Position numbers and translations under genes: made by a program | The notes under the pieces: generated by a model | Told to the model about the DNA's origin: nothing | The model's database searches: none | The model's input: only the letters and a program-made list of their open reading frames with translations | Shown: positions 12,560 to 25,240 of the stretch, one piece after another | Layout of the letters: each line of letters opens with the position of its first letter | Numbering within the stretch: position 1 is the first letter of the stretch | Origin: Vicugna vicugna | Lineage: Eukaryota | Reading direction: 5' to 3' | Length of the DNA: 64,000 nt | NCBI GenBank assembly: GCA_013265495.1 | Contig: MU059126.1 | Location: 9,662,349-9,726,348, forward strand

Positions 12560-12873
12560 CAAATGAACTTATTTACAAAACAGAAACAGACTCACAGACA
12601 AAAAAACAAATTTATGGTGACCAAAGCGGAAGTGGGGAGGGATAAATTAGGAGCATGGGATTAGCAGATGTGCACTACTATGTATAAAATAGATAAACAA
12701 CAGGGATGTACTCTATGGCACAGGGAACTATATTCGATATCCTGTAATAAACTATAATGGAAAAGAATTGGAAAACAAGAGTAGAGATACATACACGTGT
12801 AAGTAAAACAATCACTTTGCTATATACCTGAAACTAACACAATACTGTAAATCAATTATACTCAGTTTAAAAA
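12560..12873 (+). mobile_element. L1 3' end (cetartiodactyl type), 5'-truncated
   Basis: caaatgaacttatttacaaaacagaaacagactcacagac...aaaatagataaacaac...cctgaaactaacacaatactgtaaatcaattatactc; TSD-like atatatctt (12551-12559) and atgtatctt (12874-12882). Confidence 0.9.
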
Positions 12874-12939
12874 ATGTATCTTGGCATTCATAGGATGTTC
12901 AGAAAGTTAAGTGAAGATGTTAAATAACAGGATAAAGAT

Positions 12940-13300
12940 CAGTTTCATGAATTCTTGGTCCCCACTGGTATCTCCTTGTCTCCTACCTCAGCCGTCTGTG
13001 TTCTCTGGGATTCCCCATTCCCATCTTCTTTCTGGGACGTGAACCACCTTGCTCCCTCCCACTGCAGAGTCTTGGCACAGGCTGTTCTCCCTGCCCAGAA
13101 TGTCCTCCACGAGTCATCCCACCCCACCGCAGGCTAGGTTGGGTCCCCGTAGGACATGGACGTGCCCTGTAATGAGGCCCCCTAGTCCTTAAGCTCCATG
13201 AGAGTAAGGACCACCTCTGGCTTTTGTTCCTGACCCTGTCCCCAGGGTCTGGTTCAGGGCCTGGCACAAGAGAGATTGGTGAATATCAAGTGAATGACTA
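12940..13300 (+). mobile_element. L2 3' fragment
   Basis: Pyrimidine-rich body ending aagctccatgagagtaaggacc...cagggcctggcaca...tgaatga. Confidence 0.7.
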
Positions 13301-13379
13301 GATGTTAAAAAAAAATAAATAAATTCCAAGTGTCCGCCTTAATATTTGAGACACTTAAGACATCCTTGTGCATGGTTCT

Positions 13380-14420
13380 TTTTTCTTTTAATAGATAATC
13401 CATCCATATATATAAAATGCAAAGATATAAAATGATTTACCTTTTGTTTTAAATATGCCCTGTCACCCCTGCCTCACCTTCTCTAAGGTCAGTGTTTCTA
13501 GGATTACTGCCTCTATGATACCCATTTCTATGTCTCTCCTCTGTTTACACGTAGCATGTAGCAACAGACGCTCAGATGCATTTGTTCTTCTTTCTGTCTG
13601 CAGTTGGGTGTGAGTACTGTTATTTTTTTCATTAACCATGAAAGTGGAGATAAGACCTTACCGGGACATAAAAGGCTTCCTCGTTCTTTTTGGCCCCAAC
13701 ACTTCATAAACATTTTCAAAATAGAGCAGAGTTTAAGTTTACTATGATTACCTGTGAATACTCACTAGCTAGGTTTTCCCACTGACATTTTACTGTGCCC
13801 GCTTTATCAAATATCCACCCATCTGCCATCCTTCTATCCAGCCATCAAACCACAGTATTTTTTAATGCATTTCAAGACAAATTGATGATGTCAGTACACT
13901 TTCACCCAAAGACATCAGCAAGTGTATTGTTACCTAGGGTTCAGTATTTCTTTACAGTTTTTTACGTAAAATAGACATATAATAAAATGCGCTAATCTTA
14001 AGTAAATATTCTGAGTTTCGACAACTGCACAAATCTTCAGTTTTGCAAATGAATACATCTGTGAAACCCAAACTCTTATCAGGATGCAGAATATTAATGT
14101 CATCCTTTCTTGCGTCTTTTACCAGTCAGTTCCCACTCTTATAGCCTCAGAAAGAATGATTATTTTTTTCTACCATAAAATACTTTGGCCTATTCTCAAA
14201 TTTACTATAAGTGAAACCATACAGTATGTACTCTTCTCTGTTTGGGATTCATCCATCTGTTGCACGTCTCAGTGCTCTGTTCCTTTTTGTTGCTAAGTCT
14301 TCCCACAAGAAGGAGGAGATTCCATGGAAGACCCTACCCCCAGTTGGCACACCTTCCTCATTGCAGCCTCATAACTACATCTTAGGCCATTAATGGTGAA
14401 CAGTTAGGCTGTTTCTCCCT
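13380..14420 (-). mobile_element. Old L1M fragments (L1MC/MD/ME)
   Basis: aaaatagacatataataaaatgcgctaatcttaag...tgagtttcgacaactgcac...ataagtgaaaccatacagtatgtactc. Confidence 0.6.
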
Positions 14421-16849
14421 TCTACTCTCACAAAGAGATTAACCTCTCCCCACACAGATTGTAAATACGTAGACTGTACCCCTAAAAGTGAAATCACCGA
14501 GTCTTATCGCCCTCACTTTTCGATTCTCAAATCTGAAAGCTTCACCAGTTCAAGACTGAGACACTCAACAGCCGTGTTTCAGTGGCAGGTGACTTGCCAG
14601 ACATCTTACGAACATGATGACTGTGAGTTACTAGAGGTCCATCCCCCGCCAGCAAGGAGGGGCATTAAGGTCAAAAGTTTGCTTCCCAGGCCCACCTCCT
14701 AGGTTCTGTGGCACAGCTGAAAGGAAGCTGAGAGACTAGTCCCAGGGAACACATTTCTACAAATATGTGTGAGTATTAACCCCTCTAGAGCGTGGAGATC
14801 ATCCTGTACACATTCCTCCAGTTTCCCACTAAACCTTTTGTTGCCGTGGGGCTTGCTCCCTGAAACTTTGCTGCACACTGGCTGCTGGGCATGCTCTCGG
14901 CTATAATCCTTTGTTCAAGAATTCACATCCTAGAAAGGCTCTGGGTTTCATTAGATAAGCTTACCCTCCACCCTTTTTTCACACCCATTATCCCAGGCCC
15001 TGGAACTGGTGATGTGTTTTCCTTACTTTCCCCCCTTTCTCTTTTATTTCCCACTGATAAATGGCAAAAGCAGCTGTGGGCTTTGCTTTGAAGGTTCTGA
15101 CGGACGAGCATGATGAATCGGTGATGGATTAGAGCAAATGAATCACATAACGCGGAAAGGGAAGGGGGCGAGAGCGCGAAGCCGGCTCCCAGCTCTACCG
15201 TTTTTCAAACTCGCCTTAAAAGCCAGCATTTCTTTTCATCTGGTTCCAGTTTCTGCGGTGACTCTGCATATGTTTAAAAGAGGGAGAGCAGAGAAGTCTT
15301 GGGGATATAAACAGGGAATTCCATTCTTCAGTCCCGTCTCTAAAGACGCATTGTCATTCAGGGGGAGTTGAAATAGCTAGGAAACCACTTCAAGGGCCCC
15401 TGGAAAGCAACTGGGCAGCTCCAGGAAGAGGAGCAGTTGGCAAAACCAAGTGACAGAATTGAAAACTGTAAATCTTTAACATGAGGATTGACTGGCAAAA
15501 TACAGCTGTTGCTGCTGTTCGTCGCCATATCCCTTGTCTGGAAGAAAGTGTATTCTTGAGCTGATTATCCTTCGCTGCTTGGTTACTGTGAAAGGGAAGC
15601 ATTAGCAGGTTGGAATTTGGTCTTGTTTTGAACCCGCGGGAAAAAAAAAAGAACTTCATTTCTTGGCCTGTAGTGTTTTCTGGTCTTAAAGGGCGAAGAA
15701 AATAAACTGCAATCCTTGAGTTGCAGTTTTAAGATTGGGACTGAGAAATTCCAAGTCCTCCTTTGAAATTCAAGAGATGCTTAACAGAGAAGAAAGGTCT
15801 TGGTGGATGGATGGTTCCTTTGTATTTGAACAAGAGGGGCCCTCTTCCTCCCCAGATGGAAAGCCATTCAAAGGAAATCATTAAAGGACATCCCTTTCTG
15901 CACAGCTAAGGCTCTGGGGAGAGATGCGAAACAGAGTGTAGGATTGATGCAATTACCCGAACACCGAAGCTGGGGGAGGGAACGGGAGGGGGGGGGGGAA
16001 TCTGGGCTTCACTGTTGGCTGCTTTCTGGGACCCTGCAGTTTACTCCAGTGCTCTTAGACTTAGTCACCGTCAAGTGGGTGCTTATTACTTTCCGAGCCG
16101 ATATTTTAAGGAAAGTAAGGAAAGTATTAAAGGGTACCAAACACTGCTGAATGACAAAGAGGAGAATCTAGGTTTGATTTATCAGAAATTTTTTGGCCAC
16201 AAGAGTTCTAAGATAATCATCAGTAAAGGTTCCAAGACTAAGGATTTGAAAGAGGCTCTTGCAGCATTGCTGAACGGTAATAATCCTTGCCGACAGCGTG
16301 ATTGAGTACTAGATGGAGATCACTTGGCTAAATCCTTTCCCTGTATTATCTGATTTAATCTCTACCTCATCCCTGTGGAGATTGTGGCATTTCTTTCTCT
16401 TGGAGAGCTTTAAGAATAAAGAGGGTCATTTTTTATAACAGCTCTGGCTGCCCTGCTCAAGGTGGATCTAAAAACATTAAGCAATGGTCAGAAAAGACAT
16501 TTATTATCCTCCGTCTTTCCTCGCTACGCTTCTTGCATTGACTTTCCTGAGAATATGGGTCTAATGGGAGCTCTGAGGGTTCCATGTCAGTTGCTACCCA
16601 CGTCCTCAGTTCATTCCCACACCTCCTGTTGCCAAGGACTGGACTGATTCTTGGTCATGATGAGTTGACGAATTATAAAAACAGAAAAAAGGAGGGGAAA
16701 TGATGGAATTGCTTTGTGCACATTTTGACTGTGCAAATTTTATAAATCTAATTCACAAGGCTGACAGAGCTCCCTATCTGTTTGGAAAAGTCACATTAAA
16801 TATGAATGAAGATTAAGTAATTAATCATATTTCTCCCCCAATGTCATGA

Positions 16850-16960
16850 TTTTTTTTTCTTTTTTTTTTTATTGATTCATAATCATTTTACAGTGTTGTG
16901 TCAAATTCCAGTGTTCAGTACAATTTTTTCAGTCATACATGGACATATACACACTCATTG
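16850..16960 (-). mobile_element. Short 5'-truncated camelid-type L1 3' end
   Basis: Poly-T then attgattcataatcattttacagtgttgtgtcaaattccagtg; gatttttt occurs on both sides. Confidence 0.8.
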
Positions 16961-17094
16961 ATTTTTTAGTTTAACAAGGTATCTGGACACTAATAAAACC
17001 AACCCAGAGTTCTAAAACATGCATGTGGCACGTTTATGAAATGTCTCCACCTACGCCTTCTTTTTGACCGCAGCGAGCTTATTATGATTACGCA

Positions 17095-18010
17095 TTTCTC
17101 ATTCAACAAGTATTTATTGAGGAACTTCTATGCACCAGGCTACCTACCTGCCAGATTCTGAAGATACATTAATAAGTAAGATAGACATCGCCCCCTTTCT
17201 GCTTATACTGAAGCAGAGAGCTGACATTAAGCATATAATCACTCAGATAAAAGTAGAGTTACCAACTCTAATAGGTGCTAGGGAAGAAAGGGATCTGAGA
17301 GAAAGAGTACAGAGAGTATTGAATTTAGATGCCCCAGAAAGACCTCTCTGAGAAAGTAAGCTAACAGTGGGGGTGTGAAGTTAGAAGTGGCCAACTCAAA
17401 CCTGATGGCAAGGATACCCCAGGAAGAGGGACTAGCACTGGCAAAAGCTCTGAGGCTGGAAGGTGTTAGGTGAGTTCAGAGAATAACAGAAGGCTGGTGG
17501 GACTATATGCTAGCAGGCTGGGGGCCGGGGCGGGGGGCGGGCAGTGCGGTACAGGGTCAGGGGCAAGACCAGGCACAAGAACGGCAGGGAGGAACTAAAG
17601 CCAGCAGGACCTAGTAAATGTTTAAAGCTTTATGAGAGCAAGGACTGAGATGCCATTGGATAGTTTTCAGTAGGGGAGTGAGGATGAGATCTCCGTTTTA
17701 AAAAGATCACTCAGAGGGGAGGACAGTATAGCTCAGCGGTAGAGTGCGTGTCAGCGTGCACGAGGTCCTGGGTTCAATCCCCAGTACCTCTGTTAAAAAT
17801 AAAGAGATAAATAAATAAATAAACCTAATTACCTCCACCCCGCCTCCCCCAAAAAAAAGGTTTAAAAAAAAAACCACTCAGTTTCGGGACTGCAGACTGG
17901 ATTGAGGGGAGCAGGCTTGGACCTGGGGAGACCAGCTAGGAGGCAACTGCAGTAGCCCAGGTGGAAGTTGAGGGTGGTTAGAGAGATCTGACTATTTTGA
18001 GAGGTTTGCG
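17095..18010 (-). mobile_element. L2 (about 750 bp) interrupted by a Vic-1 SINE
   Basis: cattcaacaagtatttattgag... then a purine-rich body; aaaagatcactc...gctgcag...gcagtagcccagg continues after the SINE. Confidence 0.75.
17715..17870 (+). mobile_element. tRNA-derived camelid SINE (Vic-1 type)
   Basis: A box tagctcagcggtagag, B box ggttcaatccc, tail aaataaacctaattacctcc; cactcag repeated on both flanks. Confidence 0.9.
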
Positions 18011-19199
18011 ACATATTGTGGCACTTTCCCTATATCCTAAACAAACAAACAAAAAAACCCATATGCACAGCTACAGAGCAAAAGTAAATAACAGCTTTTG
18101 GGTTGTCCATGTAGTTAACCAAATAAAAGTAAGTCACATCTATATAGTTTCTTTTTTTAGGGGGAAGGGTCTCCTAAATTATTCTGATTAGCTGTTCTCA
18201 TCAATGCTGTTGGTTGGCATATGCTAACTGTCTAGATGTTGACACTAGCATTAACAAGTCATAAACTGACATAAGCTGCCTCACAGATTAGCACATCGCT
18301 CCTTCAGTTGAACTGTTGAGAAAGACTGCAAGTGCCCTATATAAGAGGATAGAGACACTGTGAGTTTATTGACCTACCATGTGCTAGAAAGTACTCATGA
18401 GAATTCACCATAAGCTTTATTATCCTTCGCGGTAGCCCTACCAGGATATGATTTTCATCTTTCTCAAGTGTGATCATTTATCAGCCAGAGGCCACTCCTT
18501 CATTCCTGAGTCATGCAGTCCATCTCCCAAACATCGTGGTTTGTGATGTATTTGGTCCCCATGCACAGTCACATTCTGTTGCCTAGTCCACGTTAATTAA
18601 TTCTTTGGTGTCCATATCTGGTTACACGTGTTGAACTGAGCTCTTGTGAACTTTACTCTTCCTCAGCAGGATTGAACAACAAACTCTGCTTTATGTAATG
18701 TTTGTCTTTGCTCAAACCACAGCCCTTTGCTGGATACAATCTACAAGTTGCTCTTTCAGTTGAGTTGGCAAGGGTTCATCATTTCGGAGGTCAAGGTTGC
18801 ACATTCTGTTTCCAATAACACGTGCCTGGGATGAGCCAATAACTAGGGTGCCTGTATTTATGAATGGGTCATTACCAAACCCACTGTAGTCATGGCAACA
18901 CTGGGGTAAACCCCTCTACAAGAATCAGAGGGACTTTCTTCATCTGAATGTAGTGTATCCCTTAGGATTTGTTCAAAGTTTAGTGATTTTAAAATAGTTT
19001 TAATGTTTTTAAACATTGATGACTTTTATTCTGTACGGGCAGATAAACACTGGATGGATTTCAGTGATGTCTCTCTCAGGTCAGCCCAACTATGCCTGTG
19101 CAGTGGATGACAATGGGGACAGTTACCTGGATAAAATGCCAAGAGCTGAAATAAGGACCTGAATCAGATCCAGAATCCCTTTACCTCACTGTCTGTTTT

Positions 19200-19825
19200 C
19201 ATTTAGCATTTTAACCATTTTTAAGTATACAGTTCAATAGCATTAAGTACAGTCACTAATGTCTACATTTCCAGGACTTTTTCATCAACCCACACAGAAA
19301 CTCTGAACCAGTTAAACACTAACTCCCCATTATCCTCTCCTGCCACCCCCCAAGCTCCTGGTAGCCTCCTCTGAACTTTCTGTCTCTATGAATTTTCCTA
19401 TCCTAGGTACTTCATGTAAGTTGANNNNNNNNNNNNNNNNNNNNNNNNNNNNNNNNNNNNNNNNNNNNNNNNNNNNNNNNNNNNNNNNNNNNNNNNNNNN
19501 NNNNNNNNNNNNNNNNNNNNNNNNNNNNNNNNNNNNNNNNNNNNNNNNNNNNNNNNNNNNNNNNNNNNNNNNNNNNNNNNNATCCATTGGTGGACCTTTT
19601 AGCTCTTGTGACTCATGCTGCTATGAATGTTGGTATACAAGAATCTGCATGCATCCCTACTTTCAGTTATTTTGGGTATATATGTAGGAATGGCATTGCT
19701 GGATCATAGGGGAATTCTATGTTTAACTTTTTGAGGACCTGCCAAACTGCTCTCCACGGTGGCAGTACCATCTTACATTCCCACCAGCAGTGCACCGGGG
19801 TTCCAGTCTCTCCACATCCTCACCT
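19200..19825 (-). mobile_element. L1MB-type 3' fragment containing an N gap
   Basis: aagtatacagttcaatagcattaagtac...ttgctggatcatagggg...cattcccaccagcagtgcac. Confidence 0.85.
19425..19581. other. Assembly gap (157 N)
   Basis: Run of N inside L1. Confidence 1.
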
Positions 19826-20019
19826 GTGCTTGTTATTGGCACACACTCATAGGTGTGTCCATTTCTTTCTCATTGGTCTTATGTCTATATGCCTGGTTAT
19901 CCATACAACATGGCTGAACTATTTCACAGGTACATGCAAATTTTCATTCAGGCAGGAAGTGAAAAGAAAATCTTTCGTCCATATTCCGGTAAGGAAGCAG
20001 TGATTACCCACAAGAGGCA

Positions 20020-20260
20020 GTGTAGCAACATAGCTGAAAGCTTGGACTCTGGCACTGGAGTGTCAGAGTTTGAACCCCAGATCTGCTCTAGCCACCTGGG
20101 TCTGGGTGACCTTGAATGAGGTCATAACTGCGTAACTCCTTTGCCTCAGTTTCTTCCTTGATGAAATGTGGATAATAAATGGACTCACCTCCAAGGCTTA
20201 CTGTGAGGATTAAGTAAATGAATACATTCAGCTCTTAGAACAGTGCTCCGTAAATATTAC
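20020..20260 (+). mobile_element. MIR
   Basis: gagtttgaaccccagatctgctctagccacc...gtgaccttg...gcctcagtttc...gtgaggattaag. Confidence 0.85.
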
Positions 20261-20266
20261 TTCAAA

Positions 20267-20424
20267 CAGTGCTAATCCAGGAAATTTCTGGACTTCATAT
20301 GCATGAAGATTTTTGGACCTTAGGCAAGGAAGTCAGAATCTTGGAGGAGAATGGCATCTGCATTTTTAATGCACACCCAGTGACCAGACAATTCCTCCAG
20401 GCAATAGTGTTCGACAACCTCTGC
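20267..20424 (+). mobile_element. MER5-type hAT element
   Basis: gtcagaatcttggaggagaatggcatctgcatttttaatgcacaccc. Confidence 0.5.
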
Positions 20425-21689
20425 TCTAACCCACAGACAGCTACTCTCATTTTGCAGCTCGTTTGACCTTCAAGCAGGTCAGGTCCCAAGAAGAGATCCT
20501 ATTTATGTCTGAAGTGGGAAAATTAAAACTGGAATTTTAAATTATTAGAACTAATAGCCTATAAAGATTATAAGATTATTCCCTGAAGGAAATTTGTTTT
20601 TAAAGTTTTCCCCCTGTTAATTTGGATAATCACTTTCTTCTTACCAGAGCAAAAAGATGGATTTTTCCCCCTCTGGTTAAAATGACAAGGCTTTACATTT
20701 TTGTGAGGAATGATTCTCACACTCCCAAAAATGCCAGAGCACTCGTGCAATAGTCACCTGGCCGTCCCCAAGCATCCAGTGGATGGCATTCAATAGACAA
20801 AACACCACAATTGAAGGCACAACTTCTGTCTTGGCCTAAAAGAGCCATGGAAACATTTCATTTCTCAAAAGCATTTTTAAAAAGGATCAGAGCTTTTATG
20901 AGGTGCTTTTCACGTTGTACATTTCAGAAGCTGTTTCAGCAATCTGGAATTTGCAGATGATTGAAGCATTTGAGAATATAGACTTCACACATGCAGGCCA
21001 CATTTTCACAACCAGGCCAGTCTCATCAAGTTCCCACTGGGAGAGCCATCAGAATGTCCACTCCACGGTGACAGGAAGCGGAATTGGACCACCGTGTGAA
21101 GATTTTCTTCAGGAAAACCTGGCATTACCAAACAGCATGCACTAGAAGAGAGATAAGAATATTTCAAATCCAGAGCCTCAGAATCATTTTGCAAGAACAT
21201 CTCTCAGAATAATTGCAAATCATGGAAATATCTTGCACTGAAAACAATGACCAGAGACATCCTATTGGCAACTCCCCAAGACTTCCCAAGGGCCCCATAA
21301 TTTTAGGAGTGGCTGTCCTGAGATAGAGAAGCTGATGGAGAAATCGTAGTTTTACCTGCCAGTGCTTTACGGAAAAAAAAAGCCTGAGTTTCAAAAACAC
21401 ATTGTCAGCTCCGAAACACTCCATCCACACACCAGCATCACCAAGACCCAGATTATGCCCCCAGAATGCGAAAAATAGCAGCCACCACACTGGAGAGCTC
21501 ACCAGGGGTCATCAGCTTGGCAGGCTTTTCCCTTGTGTTACTTTCGTGAATCCTCACCGTCATTTAAGGTAGACCCATTTTACAAATTAGGGCAACTTAA
21601 GTCTCATTCATGTACTCACTCCATAAATATTCACTGAGCACTTCCCATGTCAGAGACCCTGGCATATAGTGGTTAAAAATGAAGCAGGG

Positions 21690-22340
21690 AGGAAAAATTG
21701 CTAAGGAAAAGAAGCCAATCTGAAAAGGCTACATACTGTATGATTTCAGCGGTAGACCAGGGTTGACGCTTGAGCAATGCAGGGCTCGGGGTCTAGCCCT
21801 CTGCATCCACAGTCCCTCTGTCTGCACGGTACCACATCTGGGGATGCAACCAATCACGGAGCTTGTAGTGCTCCGGTATTTACTATGGGAACAAATCCAC
21901 ATATAAGTGGACCCACGCAGTTCACAACCATGTTGTTTGAGAGTCAACTGTATGTGACATTCTGGAAAAGGCAAACCTAGGGAGACAGGGAAAAGGTCAG
22001 TGGTTGCCAGGTGTTCAAGGAAGAGAGGGATGAAAAGGTGGAGCCCAGGGGATTTTTAGGGCTGTGCAGCTGTGCTGTTTGATCCTGTAATAACAGATAC
22101 ATGTCATTGATCGTTTGAAAAAACCCATAGAGTGTGCAACACCAAGAGTGAACCCTAGTGTTAACTGTGAACTGTGGTTAATCATCGTGTATCAATATTG
22201 GCTTAGCAGTTGTTGCAAATGCACCACACTAAGACTAGATGTTAAAAATGGGGGACTTGGGGTAGATGCAGGTGTGATGGGAAAAAAGGAGTTCTCTGTA
22301 CTTTCCACTCAATTTTTCTGTAAATCTAAAGCTGCTCAAA
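21690..22340 (+). mobile_element. L1MC-type 3' end interrupted by a Tigger element
   Basis: gaaaagaagccaatctgaaaaggctacatactgtatga / tgacattctggaaaaggcaaa...gagtgaaccctagtgttaactgtgaac...tctgtaaatctaaa, then A tail. Confidence 0.85.
21758..21950 (-). mobile_element. Tigger1-derived non-autonomous element
   Basis: Right terminus reads (reverse complement) cagttgactctcaaacaacatggttgtgaactgcgtgggtccacttatatgtggattt, followed by TA; degenerate TIR at the left end. Confidence 0.75.
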
Positions 22341-22369
22341 AAAAAAAAAGCCTTTTTTTTTTAAATGGG

Positions 22370-22660
22370 AAGGGAGGACCACAGCTCCTACCATCATGAA
22401 GACCTGTAGAGGGTGAGACAGATACAAAACAGGGAAACAAGGACATACCAAGAGCTGGTGCCCTGTGTAATGATGGAAACAAACAAGGCGAATGGTGGGC
22501 CTGCGTTGATAGGTGGTCAGGGATGGACCCTTTTGAGGAGGTGACATCAAAGCAGAGACCTGAGGGAACCACCATGCAAAATGTGGGAAGAGAGTTACAT
22601 GTGGAGGGAACAGCATATGCAAAGACTCAGAGAAGGAAGGGAAATTTAGGGGCACAAAGA
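22370..22660 (-). mobile_element. L2 fragment
   Basis: gtggtcagggatggacccttttgaggaggtgacatcaaagcagagacctga...gaacagcatatgcaaag. Confidence 0.7.
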
Positions 22661-24659
22661 GGTCACACAGCTGACAATTCGTGGACTTAGGAGTCAACTC
22701 TCCTTCTAATCCATGTGCCTTACCCTCTACCTCTTGTTTAATCGGCCACTGTCTTGAATATGGTCCTCACTCTTTTTCAGATTCTCCCCATCTTCCTTTC
22801 CCTATGGTGTAGCGGATCGTGTAAACATTACTTAAAATGGCAATAAGTTCTTCCACCACTGATGGCAAAGTGTTCCGCCCCAGTCTTCAATCAGCCGAGA
22901 AAATTCCAGGGCTTCACTTTCCCAGCTATCTTTAAAACCCAGGAGGTGGGCAGAGAAGGGGGTGGTGACAAGGGGGAGGCATTTGTCATTTGGGAAAAAG
23001 GTCATCTATTCTTCATTTTCCAAAAACTTCCAACACAAACTGCTCAACTCTCATTGGCCACATCCCTTTGCATTATGAGAAAGGTTCCTGGGGTCTTTAT
23101 AAATATTTGATACATGGCTGACCGTGTTATGTATACTGTTCTTTGCTAATATTAGTCACGGCTTAGAGTCTGTCTGCACACAGAGCATGCCGATTGTGGG
23201 TGTGTGGGGTGCATCCTGGGCAGGGAAGAAAGACATTCACTGCAGTTCTTCTGTGGGTCTGCTGAAAGAAGTTACACACAGCGAAATCAAAAGACAGGTA
23301 CTTCTTTTCTTGAAGAAGAAGAAAAAGAAAAACAACACCCCAATGTGTTTCAGTCTGTATGAAAAAGCATTTCAAAACCGAAACACGGCATGTAAAGAAG
23401 AAAGAGGTAAGTGTGTTATTCTAAATGAGAAAAACAGCTGCTCGGGTCAGATAGAAACCAGATGGGAGGGAAAGAATCAGAAGAGTAAAGCTGAAACACA
23501 TTCAGGAAAAAGACATCAGAGGCGAAATGTGCTCTCAAGTCAGAGGAACGGTGACTCCCAGACTTCTCTTCCTGTGGTGCTGGACCATGTGGTTCACAGG
23601 AACATGGAAGAAAAAGTGAGGCGGACGAGACACACCAAGCTCTCCAAGGAGCTGGTCCCAGAAGCGTCCGCATGGCTGGGTGTCTTCATGAGGGAGATGC
23701 AGACCTGGGTGTGTTCTCTGAGCAAATGGAGCGATGCCCCGGAAGCAGGGAGATGTGTCTGTGTGTCCTGATCCCGCTGCAGTGCTGGGAGAAATGAACC
23801 AGATGAAGAGAGGCCGGCCTCATCAGCTTGGGTTTCGAGGCGCTCTCCCCTGCCATAGCACCCGCCCCCACGGCTTTTAACACAATCCTCTGGAGAGTAT
23901 GGATTGGTGACCTCGGAGGCATTGTTGCTCCCACTCCAGCCACAGAGGCCATCTCGCTGAGCAGACATCAGGGAAAAAGTTCTGGCAAACCATTTCCTCC
24001 GTGCCGGGTTGTGGCTTTCTCACCCTGGTGGAGCCTATTATTTGAGTTGCCACATGCTGACCACAGGGTCCTGGCTGCACCACGTGCTGACCTCAGAGGT
24101 TGTGCTTCCCACCGAGGTCTGCTGTGGTCCTGGAGGAGGCGACGGTGGCCTGGGCGCCTGGTGCAGCATCCACCCACACACAGCTGGAGACAAGGCTGCC
24201 CCGACTGTTGGGGAGGGCTCCATGCCCAGACTCAGCCACTCAGCTAATCCACTTCTCGGGGCCACGTGTAGTTAGCTTGTCTCCTTAGCATGATCTCAGC
24301 AGCTGATGGTGCATGAACACACCAGCTTAGGAAGGACGGCCAGCAAAGAGGATGGCGAGCCCCTCACCACGCTACAGAAGGACAGAGCTGGTGTTTAGGC
24401 TTCTCAGCCTAAACCCTTGAACAGTCAGGGTTTAACAGATAAAAAGAAAGGATCTTATAAAGAGTAACACAGGCTGCTTTCATGAAGCTCTATAACCTTA
24501 GGCCAATTGCTCATCATCCCTGAGCCACAATTTTCACATTCATAAAATGGTGATCACTGTACTGTCTACCTTGCAGGGCCACTGAGAGAATCGAGTATGT
24601 TAATTTATATAAAAAGTTTATTATAAACAGGCTCTTTACAGTTAAAAGGAGGAGAACCT

Positions 24660-25240
24660 CAACTTCAACTAGTTCAAGTAGGAAAAATAAAAGGTACTTA
24701 TTGGCTCCCATCAACTGAAAAGTCTTGGAGTGCTGCTGGCTTCAGGCATAGCTGGATCCAGTTACTCAAATTATTTCTTCCAGATGCTTGCTTGCTCTTG
24801 TATTCTTTTTCTCAATCTCTTCATCTCTCCCTCTCAGCCTGTTTCTCACTCCTTTTTTCCTGCTCTCCCTACCTTCCTCTCATTCTTGCTCTTTCTTTCT
24901 TGTTTTGGGCTGTGCTTTTTTTGTGGATGACATAGTGAGACAGGCCCTCTCTAATAAGGTGACAAAGAGGGCTTCCTGCAGTTCCAGGCCAAGTAGTCCT
25001 TACAGAGGAAGTAAGACTTCCCCTATCCCATTTTGTGGAGGGACTCTGATTGGACCTGGAACCCACCCCTTGCTTGTACCAATAGCTACAAAATAGGCAT
25101 GGTGAACATGACTGGCCAGGCTTAGTCATGTGCCCTCAGGGGTAGGGTGCTGGCCAACTGTAGGCTCTTTGACTGATGGCCCCACCAGAATTGTATGGGG
25201 TAGTCCAAGAAGAGTTCTCCGCAAATACAACACAGATTCA
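24660..25240 (-). mobile_element. MLT1J/K-type LTR
   Basis: aactgaaaagtcttggag...gcttcaggcatagctggatccag...ggactctgattggacc...ttagtcatgtgccc. Confidence 0.7.

Noticed and set aside
16015-16305. 96-aa ORF with protein-like composition
   Set aside because: No family recognised and no convincing flanking splice sites; would need tBLASTn to rescue.
17715-17790. tRNA-like A and B boxes (also at 32249 and 59681)
   Set aside because: These are SINE heads with A-rich tails and TSDs, not tRNA genes.
18496-18513. Partial match to miR-205 (TCCTTCATTCC)
   Set aside because: Only 11 nt match, the rest diverges and there is no precursor hairpin.
23354-23406. Exon ending in a perfect AG|GTAAGT donor
   Set aside because: The upstream acceptor is weak, and an 8-mer like this is expected about twice by chance over both strands of 64 kb.
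23124-23771. Longest non-L1 ORF (215 aa)
   Set aside because: No recognisable domain, low-complexity K-run from an A-tract, and overlapping ORFs in other frames; consistent with chance.
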